A stretch of 63,796 nucleotides of DNA, filler included, from an uncultured bacterium (GTDB lineage Bacteria > CAZDME01 > JAYEMH01), in assembly GCA_964506785.1 (NCBI GenBank). It is 5 parts of 5 records of this genome, joined end to end, with 100 filler letters (N's around TTAATTAATTAA, not from the genome) between each part and the next. Parts side by side here need not be neighbours in the genome. Positions count along the whole stretch, not along the records: positions 28,051 to 41,646 come from CAZDME010000039.1; positions 41,747 to 55,328 come from CAZDME010000040.1; 3 more parts are not named here. One strand, written 5' to 3'. The translations under genes were made by a program, and so were the position numbers. Below, one piece after another: positions 31,001 through 41,898 of the stretch. A model generated the notes under the pieces. The model was given only the letters and a program-made list of their open reading frames with translations. It did no database searches and was not told the origin of the DNA. Numbering within the stretch: the stretch's first letter is position 1; each line of letters begins with the position of its first letter.

Positions 31001-34000
31001 TGATAAAGAGGAGAGAAAATGGGTAAAGGCAGGGGTGCAAGATAAGGCAGCTAAAAACAAAGGTTCTCTCAAAAAATGCCTTGAGACGATGCTGAATAAT
31101 GGTTGCTTTATATACGAAGATAAGGATAACTCGCTAAGCTTGGAAAAATTAATCGAGTTAAGGGGGATTAACCCACAGACCGGAAAGTCATACAGCCTTC
31201 CTACCGTCAGTCGAGAATTAAAATGCCTTTCTAATCTGGGTTTAGTGAAGAAGCATAAAGTTGATGGGATAATCAAATTTTATCTTGGTGACCAGCTAAA
31301 AGGCATATCAGAGGAGGTTAGAGAAAAAATTCTTGCTATCCCTCAGCTGGATAAACATGCCATTCCAGACGAAGAAATGGGCCGATTAGTGAAAGGCCAG
31401 TGGGAGGAAATTGCCGGGATTGAGGATTTATCTATTTTTCTAAAGCAGGATAGTCAGAAGCCATTTGGTAAACGAGTTGAAATATTCCAGGAATTAGGTC
31501 AACTTATGCTAAAGGGCCATTATCAAAGAGGGAATTCGCTGGCAGAGATTTTAAATGAACTCCGGCAAAAAGAAAATAAAGGTTTAATAGAGTTGACCAT
31601 TCCCCGGGTGAATTTTATCCGCAGGCTTATTAAAACCCGCACCAGAGAGATGGAAATAAATGCCCCCTCCGTCTATAACGCCGCAGATAAAGTTTTTGAA
31701 GCGCTTTACCCTAAACTCTCTCAGGCTCTGAAAGATTTAACCGCTGAATTATCCAGAGAGATTCTGGGGGTAGAAATTTTGGGAATAGGAAAAGAGGGAA
31801 AATATACGACTAAAGATGGAATTCTTTTCCTTGATAAAAAAGGGTATAAATTTGGTCCAAGGTTTTCCAATGTCCGGATTGAGTATGAAACCCGTTTAGC
31901 GGAAGCTATCCCGGCCGGAGAGACAAAAAAGAAAAGGATGGTAACCAGAGTATGGTTTTATAAAGATGGGATGGGACCAGAGCAGTTTTCTACCGCCAGG
32001 GATAAAAAGACAGGAAAACTTTTGTTTTCTTTTAGAAAACTGCGCCGTTCTAAATACCTCTCTATGGGAGAAGAATACAAAACTGAGGATGGCATTATCA
32101 TCAGGACAATGCTGACAGACGGAGTGCCCTATATAGGCGGAGAAAAACCTTATCCTTGGCAACCAATGATTTCTTATCGGAATGTCTGGGTAGATATACA
32201 TGTTCGAAAGGGAAAAAGAGTTAGCCTGCGTTTTATTAGGTTTGAAGGTGGGAATGAAATTATTGACTGCCAGGGTAATTTTCATCCCATTATCTATTTT
32301 GGGGAGGGTAAAGATATCAACAGGCAGTTAAAGGAAAAACTTCCTTCAGTAAAAACAAAGGACGAATATCAGGTAAATGCGGAACAATTTAAAGAAGCCC
32401 TTCGGCAGGCGGGTTTGCCGGAAGAGATTATTAAAGGCCTTTTTGATGGCCTGGTTAACAAAATGACTTCGCTAAAGATTAAAGCTGCCAGAAGGCGGCA
32501 GTTTGCAAAAAGTGGTTTGATTAGCCAAAAACAGCCGGGAATGCTTAAAAATATCGGGACAATCCCTTCAGATAAATTTTCCGAGCGCTTTCAACTTGAG
32601 GGGTTTGCCGAAACTATAAAAGATGAATTTAATAAATTTCGCTCAGGCGATGAAGATTTGGCTGGTTATGATTCACTTCAGGCGGGAGAGCTTGTTGTTA
32701 GGGGTTACACCCGGGAATATTTTAAAAAGATTAAATCTGAGACCGGCCTATCCCAGCCCTATACCTATGATTTCTTGAGGACGCATCGTTATCCGGGAAG
32801 CAAGGGGAGCCAACGTAAATTCATTGCTTCAGTAGAGCGGAAAAATGAGAGAAATCGCGAATTCAGAAAGAAAAAATTTAAAAAAATAGTTGACAAAATC
32901 GATATAAGAAGGATTGCTGAGGAATTCAGTATAACGGTGCCTTTCGTCAAAAGGGCTTTGGGACGCACCTTAGACGTTAAACAGACCTTAAATAGTTTGG
33001 ATAAAGTTAAGTCGGCATCTTTAGAAAGCGGTTTATCCCCACTGCTTGCCTTTCATCTAGTGGGTGTATATCAAATGTCCAAAGAGGATATTAATGAGGG
33101 GATTATTACTCTCGCGGATGTTTATAGAAACTTGGAGGAGAAAAGAGCCGATGAAATCCAGGTTTTTAAAGGAGAAATTAACTCTTTGAAAAAGCAACTT
33201 TTGTGTCTCCAAAGTGACGAAGATATAAATTTGTATCAAGAGAGCCGTAAAAAACTGGCAGATAATATACCACTAATCAAGTACGATATTGGGAGAGGAA
33301 ATCCTAAGCTCGATTACATCAAGCAGATTGTAATTGGAAATTTTGAGAAGAAAAAAGATGGATATCCGCGCTATAAAGCTTTTGATGAGGCCAAAGAAAT
33401 TAAAGAAGCCGGGGAAGGTATTGTCAATTCAAGAAGGACCCTGAGGGGATATCGTGCTCAAGTAACCAGGCTGTGGCAGGAATTCATTGGATTCGAAAAA
33501 AAGATTCAAGACGAGAATATTATAAAGGCCAAAGAAACAATGGAGGGGACCTTAAAATCGGTCTTAGCCCAGTTAAAATTATTATCCCCCGAAAATTGTA
33601 GCCAGATAGCCAAGGTGATACCCAGACACCTTTTTGATGTCCGCCATAGCTTGCGAAAGAGAATTGTTGAAAGGATGCGCAGGGGTAACCTCTTAACGGA
33701 TAAGCAGGCAGAAATGCTTATTAAACAGGATGTGGCAGTTTTTGAGAAACGGTTTAATTTGTCTTTATTTTGTCAAAAGCTTAAAGAGAATATGCAGCGA
33801 TTGGCGATTGAGCCGGTAGAAGGACAAAAAAGCGGATTTGCGGAGTTTTACATCCAGAGGATAGTAAGCAATGGATATGCCTGGAGTCTAATCGATGAAA
33901 TGTACAAATATATTTCCGGGTTGAACAAAGAGTTACTTTTATCGATAATTAGCGTGCGGAATCCGGGGGCCTATATATTTGTCAACTTCGAAGTTCTATT

Positions 34001-37000
34001 GCCGTCTTATCTTGAAGAAATAATGGAAAAACTAAAAAATGGAGATAAACTGAATACAGTTAAATTATGTGCCTTGATTAAAAACGGCCAGAATAATAAT
34101 AAAGAGGCTATTGTTGTCGGGCAAAAGGCTTTCAGCCTTCTTTATAAAGATTATCATTCTAAATACGGTAATAGATTGGAAGAAATCGTTAAGAAGTATC
34201 TTCCAGATTGGTCGTTGAGAGATGATTTTTTACAAAAAGCTAAGCTGGCCTGGGTGAAAGGAGTACTGAAAGGTCTTCCAAATTATAGCAGAGATAATGT
34301 AAGTCCGGGATACGAAGACAGCGGAAATAATGATGAAAAGTTCTGGGATAAAGTAGAAGATAATTTTATCCTAGAGTTCAGTACGCCAGAAGAGAAAGCG
34401 CGCAGAAGAGATTATTTCTCCTTTGTCTCCATAAACACACCGGTAAAAAATAAAAAAGCAGAATCCAAAGGGAAAGACGGCGGTAAGGCGACGATATCGG
34501 ATTTTAATTCAGACAAAAGCTTAGAGCAATGGAGTTTATTTGATAGAAAGGATGTAATAGATGCCTTTAATAAACTGGAGCAATCTGAACAGGATGTTAT
34601 TGAACGGGTTATGATTAACGAATTACCTTTAGAGGAGGTGGCTGAAGAATTAGGCTATGAAGTTATAGAGCTGCGTAAGGTTCTGGGGAATGCCGAAGGT
34701 AAATTAAGAAAAGTTCTATCCGCCAAGGGGTTTGGCCCGGAAGAAACTCCGCAAAAAAAATCCGGGTTGATTTCTATCCCGAAGCCGGGGTCCCCGGATT
34801 CTACTTCGCGCCACTATATACCTCAAAACATGAAAAATGCTTTTAGAGCCGGAGCCTTAAATCTTCTGGGTGTCCCTTCCTCCTTTCCGACTGATAGGGC
34901 TTTTTTGAAAAGAGCTGTCGGGCGAAAGGCGGTATGGAGAGATAGATCGCTTGATGATGATTCGGTGAAGAAGTTAGAAGAGCTGAATGAATTAGCGGAT
35001 GAACTGGGGATGCTTATTGATGATACTCCGAAGGATGAAAAATACGACAGGTATTTATTTGTCTGGATGTTCAGGAACCAGAAGCTGTGTGAAGCAATAA
35101 ACGACTGCCTTATTGAAATAGACTGGATTATAGATAGATGGAGAGGGAATGAAAGGGAAGAGGCATTTGCCTTTAAGTTAAAGCGGGCCGCGGAGGCGCT
35201 TAAGGAGCAGCCGGCAGAGAAAGGTGAAGGACTTATTTTTCAAACAATAGGGGATTTATTGGGACTGACCAGGCAGAGAGCGCAGCAGTTACACCAGGAG
35301 GCGGCGTTATTTTTTGCTGAAGGGAACCCGATAGAAGCAATTAACGGAATATTAGATAGTTTTAATGACGAATCTATGGATGATCGGTCAGGGAACCATC
35401 TGAATGGTCTATTGGAGAAAATCAAAAAAGGGCCGTTATCATTCGCTCCCCGCTTCAGTGAAAAGGCAGAAGCGGTAAACTGGCTGAGAGGCAACCGCCA
35501 TTTATTAGGTAATAAAGCCTTAGGCCATCTTATGCGTGAATTATGGAGATTAGGTAAGATTCCCTTCGGTGAGATTATGGAATGGCAGATGTTTGCGGCA
35601 GCATTTGATTATGCTTTAAAAAACGAAGGCTTAGTTAAAAAAGAAGTTGAATCTGCTTGGCGGAATTTAAAGGAAAATGAGCGGGAGAAAATCAAGAAAA
35701 ACCCTTCTAAAATTATTAGGTATATAGATAAGGGTAAATTTACCTATTTGAAAGGGAAGGAGGGGAAAAGCACTGTTCTTTCATCATCCTATTTCTATCT
35801 AATTATTCGAATCGGTCTGGGTTTATATTTGAAGGGGGGAAAAGACATTTCTGCAAGAGAAATTACCCGGGCGGGATTATTCAAAACTATGGCTTTTTTT
35901 GCCGGCTTTGGATTTTTAACCGGTATTTGGGGTGTTGGGTTTGTTGGATTAATCTCTTTAGTTATTTCGGGGACAGCTTTACTTGAAGCATTTTATGTGA
36001 ATAAAGCTTTGGTTGAAGGAAGCCGAGAAATTCGGGCCGGACCAGAAGAAATGGATAGATTGATTCCGGCCTTCCGCTATGAAGCTCAGCCGACAGAAGA
36101 AGGGGAAAATAAAATTTGCTATATAGATAAAGAAGGCCGGCTCAGAGTTAATCACTTAGCCATGAACCATATCCCTAAACCTCTCCAGTATCACTTCCTT
36201 TTTCATGAAAGAATCCATCAGTTAATTAAAACCCGCTCAAACAGATTCGATGAAGTGCTTGCTTATTCGCTGCAATTCCTGCCTTTCCTATATCCGGTAA
36301 TTTCTTTAATAATTTCTATTGCTTCTTCAAGCTCCTTTTCAGATGAGGAAGCCAAACCCAAAGTCTTAAAGGTCTGTCCCACCTACGGAGAGGCAAAATG
36401 GCTGGTTAAAAATACTAAAGGACTGTTTGTTATAAGAGAGGATTTTGATGGTGAAGATAAGAATTTTTATATCAGAGCCCTGTATTTAAAAGAAGACGGC
36501 CGGGAAGAACCAGCGGGATTCTGCCGATTCAAAGTATCAAGCCTTCAGGCGTTTACCGGGGAAGACAGCACTGATCTTGGGGTTAAAAAGGAATATCAAA
36601 ACTTAGGATTAGGAAGAATTATTCTGGCAGCTTTAATGAATTCAGCTAGGGATAAAGGGTGCCATCTTTTTATTGCAAAGCAGCCGCAAACAGCTCTTTT
36701 TGATGTGCTTGGGTTTAAGGCTAACAGCGGGGGATCAGTGGTCGGGGCATATAATGCATCTTTTGCCCCGAAGGAGAAAAGCAATGACTTAGAATTGCTT
36801 AAAAGATTAGCCGTGCCTATAGATGAGGCAGAAGAATATGTTGACTTAAATGAATCGGGTTTAGATATCAAAGCTATTATTTTTGATTTGGATGATACTT
36901 TATATAGAAACGAAGCATTAAAGGAAGATTATGATAACGAAGGGATTAAATTTGTAGCCAAAAGGCTTAAAATAGCCAATCCCGAGACGGTTAAAAAGAT

Positions 37001-40000
37001 ATTTTATAATACCCAGCGGGGTTTATCCGAAAAATTTATGGGGCTTTACGGCCGCCCGGCAACGCGCAGTGAAACATTAGAGCAACTGGGCATTAAAGTG
37101 GAAGATTGGGGAAAATGGAACAGAAAGAAAATCCGCCCGGAAAGATATCTCACCCGGGATGTTGAATTGCAAAAATCTCTTGTTTCTCTTTCAAAGAAAT
37201 ATAAATTGGCTATTGTAACTGATAATAGCTATGTGCAGACGAAAAGGATATTAAAAGCTTTAGGAATTAAAAAGTATTTTCGGGTGATTAAAGCCGCTGC
37301 CCGCAAGCCAAATCGGGCAGTTTTTCAAGCGGCTGTGAAAGAACTTGGAGTGGAGCCTGAGGGATGTATTGCTGCCGGCGACAGATATGAAATAGATGTC
37401 CAACCGGCCAAAGAAGCCGGGGCGCAGGAAGGAATCCTTATCAGTTCGCCTGAGGATATCTATAAGTTAGAAGGGCACCTGCAATATAGAAAAAGATTTA
37501 TTCAGTATTTTATTCAAAATAAGCCCAAAGAGTTTTATCTCGAAGATATTCTTAAGGTGTATAGGGATTTATCTAAAAAGGAAGTTATATATATCATCAA
37601 TGCCTTGGCAGAGCGGAAATTGAGTGGTGAATATTTTGAAATGTTTGACGACACAGGCAACCCGAGCGGGAAAATTAAGAAGATAGAAGGTGTGCGTTTA
37701 GAAGGTAAGAGGGAAATAAAAGAGCCGGATAATCTCAATAGGATAATAGATGAACATCCAGAGGTTGTTCTGGATAATTCAGAATTGGGCCGGGTGGTAA
37801 GCCTCAGGGAAATATGGCCTTTTTTAAATCAGGAAGGGGAACAATTATTAAGGGAGTTTTGGACCAATAAAGAGCCGGAAACACTTAAAGCTAATTTGCT
37901 GATTGGTTCTGGAGGGGAAATTTTAGGTTATCTTCAATATACTTTGAAAAGCGGCACTAAAGCAGAGTTAGATTTTATTCAGGTTATTCAAAAGCCGGCA
38001 GGCATTGAAAACCGCCGTATATATTTAATTTTGATGGGCGCTTTAATTGGAGAATTAAAAGCCCAGGGAATTAAAGAGTTCAGTTGGATTGCACTACCAG
38101 GTTCCGAGAGGTTTTACCATAAATGCTTATCGGAAAGAATGGATTATATAACTAATGGAGGATACAAATTTGTCGCTTATCTGGACACAGACGGGCGTTT
38201 AAGTAAAAGGCAGAAAGAAGAACAGAAGCGGTTTTTCAAATATTTTGTGCGTCGGGAAGCAAAGGGCGAATCGATTGAAGATAAAGAAAGAGTTACACCT
38301 TTAAAAACTAAGGTTTCTAAGATTACTAATCCCCAAAAATTACCAAGTAAGGTAAGAGAATACTGGCAGGGGCACGAATTTTTATATATCCTTGAGAATA
38401 AAAAGTTGGGGTATGCCGCTTATGTAGGCGTCCACGCCTATTTTAAAGACTGCCTGATAGACGGGAAATTACAAGCCATAGGAGGCATCAGAAACAAACC
38501 ATATAGGAATAAGACTGAGGCAATAATAGATGTTTTGAAATTATCGGAAGGGATGTCTAACAAAAATATTTTAGCCGGGGTTCCCTTAGGCGGGGCAAAG
38601 ATAGTTTTGCCTGATTTCTCAAGAGATTTAATTTCTTTTAACCCGAGGGTTAAGTTATTTAAACCTTTAGTCTCACTTATTTCTTCGGTTAACAGTTTGT
38701 ATAACAAATTTCTTAGAAGAAGGGTTCTTAAAAATCTCGCTTTGACCCTGGAAGAATTAGGGGTGATGATTACCGGGCAGGATGTGGGAATAAGCAAAAA
38801 GGATGTAAACTATATGGCAAAATACGCTCCCAATGTAATCAGCGGCACTCCGGGCCGGGCCCTGGGAGGGAAGCCGACTACGCCTTTTACAGCTGAAGGC
38901 GTTTATTATGGAATAAAAGAGGCCGTGAAATTTGCTTATGAGAAGAAATTACCTGGTTTTGATTCTCCAAAGTTGAAGGGAAAGAAAATAACATTACAGG
39001 GATTAGGCGGGGTTGGAAGCAGATTATTAAACTATCTTTTAAAAGACGGGGCAATAGTTTATGCCGCTGATGTCAATCCTGAAGCTGTAGAAAGGGTTAA
39101 AAAAGAATATGCTAAATTTTTGGAACAAAACTTATTTATTGTGGAAAATCCGGATGAGATTTATCAGGTAAAGGCCGATATATTTTCGCCATGTGGATTA
39201 GGGGCGGTATTGAATGAGAAGACAATTCCGTTATTAAAAGAGTCCGGTATAAAGGTTGTTGCCGGGGCAGCCAATAATCAATTAGCGAATCCTGAGAAAA
39301 ATGGTGATGGCCAACGTTTATTTGAAAGTGGAATTATTTATGTTCCGGACTATGTTATTAATTCAGGCGGTGTCCTGGCGGCTGCCAGTGAAGCTTTAGG
39401 ATACGATTTATCCGCCAAGGTTAAAAATATTGCCCGGACAGTAAGGGAGATTTTGGGGAAATCGTTTAAAAAGAGAAAACCTGCATCTGAGGTTGCTGAT
39501 ATTTTAGCCGGGGAGAAAATAAAGGAAATTAGAGTAAGCCGCTTTGAAGGAAAAACTTCATCAAAAGGGACGATAGCAAAATGCTTTAAGACAATGTATG
39601 AAAATGGAATTTTCAAAGGGAACGCTAAGACCCGCCGCCAATTAGAAGAATTGAGGGGCTTAAGTAGAAGCACCCTCCAGAGAGAATTAAGCGGCCTTGA
39701 GGCGATTGGATTGGTTGGAGTTGATAATTCCAATCCACAATTGCCAAAATATTATTTAACTGATAGATTGCGCGCCCCGCCTGAGGTAATAGAGAAAATT
39801 TGCAGCATAGGTGTCACCTCCGATAATCCGAAAGGGCTGCTTAACCGCTTTGAAATTCCTGCCGAGAAAATTTATTCCCTAAAAGTCATTGTCGATAATA
39901 TATTATCCGATTGGCCTTTTATTTCTTTTGACGACAGGCCGATTGGCCAGATTCCTGATTCAACTGAGGTTACAGACGAAAATTTAAAGAAAGAGATTAT

Positions 40001-41646
40001 CAACTCCCTTTCGGTTAGGGGAATTGGTTCTATTACTTTCCATGAAGGGACTGATGCTTCTAAACTTGGCCTCCTTAGTCAGCATATCAAGAAGGCGGGA
40101 AGTTTTACCTGGCCGATAATTATAGATGAAAAGGGCACTGTGCTGGATGGACGCCACCGCCCCGAAGGAATAGAGACAATAGGGATTTCAGGCGATAAGG
40201 CAGTTTTGGTTCAGGAAGTGGATTTAGATAATCCGGATTTAACCCTGGGTAGCTGGATTAGAATAATAAGGGGTAATAAAAGTCAATTAACAAACTGCGC
40301 CGAAGGATTAGGTTTTAAAAAGGGAGACTCCGGCGCGGGGGATGGCGAGATTTCAGTTTCGATTGCCGGAGAAGATTATTTTATAAAGGAAAGTGAAGCT
40401 TTATATGTCGAGGCAAAAAAGGCTTTTAAAGAAAATTATTCAGCGGCGGAAAACTTACCCGGAGAAATCAGGGAAAAGCTATTCAGTCATTATTTGGCCG
40501 GATTTATTTTAGGGAAAATTTCCGCAGGGGCGGATCTACCCGTTGATTATATATCCGACGAGCGCCGGGATTTATTAAAAAATGAAGAAGGGATTTTTAT
40601 AGCTGTTAAGGCATTTACCAAAGACGAATTCAGCCAAATTACAGATTTAAATATAGAATTTCCTCCCAAAAGCACCCGTTTTATTATCCCTTACCGGGTT
40701 GTTGGTATGGGGTTACCCCTAAACAGCTTTATTTCTATTCCTTCTGAAAACACTGAGCAATATACTAACAGCTTAACTAATGAATTTAGAAAAGCTCTTA
40801 ATGGATTGGAATTGGTAAATCTCGGGGAGGGGATATCCCTATCTGAAATTACTTCAGAAGTAAAAAGGTTCTATCAGGAGAGGCTTTATACTTTTAGAAA
40901 GGGCGGCAAAAAAGAAAGCCGGGGAAGAGACCGGTTTATTACGAACACAGCCAGGGAACTAAAACGGTACGAGAAAATTTTAAAAATAATAGGCCCGGCA
41001 GTAAGCATCTGGGGGGCGGCAAGAATTAAATTGGGAGGCAGATTCTTTGAAGAGGCAAAGCAATTAGCCGGGGTTATTTCAAATAAACATAATTTTTCTG
41101 ATGTAGCGAGCTTTCCCGAAGGTTTTTCCATAATTACCGGCGGCGGGCCGGGCATAATGATGGCCGCCAGCAGCGGCACCGATAAAGAGAATATATCTGT
41201 GGGATTAGAAATTGATATACCGCACGAACAAGAGTCTAGTAATTCGGCAATAGTTCAGAAGTTTAAATACTTCTTCGCTCGGAAGAATACTTTTATTAAT
41301 TTAAGCGAGGCTTTTATATGTATGGCCGGCGGGTTTGGCACCCTTGATGAATTTTTTGAGGTTATGGCTTTAAAAAACAAGGGATATATGGATAATTTTC
41401 CCGTTATTCTATATGGCAAGGATTTCTACAAAGGGCTTTTTGGGTTGTTAAAGGATGTTGAGAGGCGTCATTTTTTAAGAAGGCCGCTTGATAAATTAAT
41501 TAATTTGGCTGATTCTCCCGAGCAGGTAAAAAATATTCTCAAGGATAAAGCACCCGCTTCTTTAAAGGAGAAGAATGGGGTAGATATCCGCAAGGCAATA
41601 CGAGATTTATATAAAAGCATTAAAAAACTGGATGGCATAGGTCCGG
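28051..41646 (+). CDS. Giant multidomain protein fragment (more than 4500 aa), open at both ends
   Basis: No stop codon from 28053 to 41646. Sigma-4-like/HTH, wHTH repeats, TM, HExxH, GNAT, HAD, Glu/Leu/Phe/Val dehydrogenase, ParB/SerK-like and LOG motifs. Confidence 0.93.
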
Positions 41647-41746
41647 NNNNNNNNNNNNNNNNNNNNNNNNNNNNNNNNNNNNNNNNNNNNTTAATTAATT
41701 AANNNNNNNNNNNNNNNNNNNNNNNNNNNNNNNNNNNNNNNNNNNN
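41647..41746. other. Artificial contig-join spacer
   Basis: N-run + TTAATTAATTAA + N-run. Confidence 0.97.
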
Positions 41747-41805
41747 TCCCCTAAAGAAATAAACTTTTTTGAACCCTCGATAGCCAGCTGAATAAGTTCA
41801 AACAT
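41747..41805 (-). CDS. Start of an unidentified gene cut by the contig end
   Basis: RBS GAGGTG followed by ATG, MFELIQLAIEGSKKFISLG... Confidence 0.45.
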
Positions 41806-41898
41806 TTTTCACCTCTTAATAAAGAAAACGTCTCTTTTAATTACTGCTGCGTTTCCTAACCGGGGTAATATTTCCCCTTGAGTTTTCCGTTTTAACTT

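Noticed and set aside
28621-41179. Short antisense or alternate-frame ORFs over the giant ORF and housekeeping genes
   Set aside because: Shadow ORFs with no recognisable motifs, overlapping well-supported genes.
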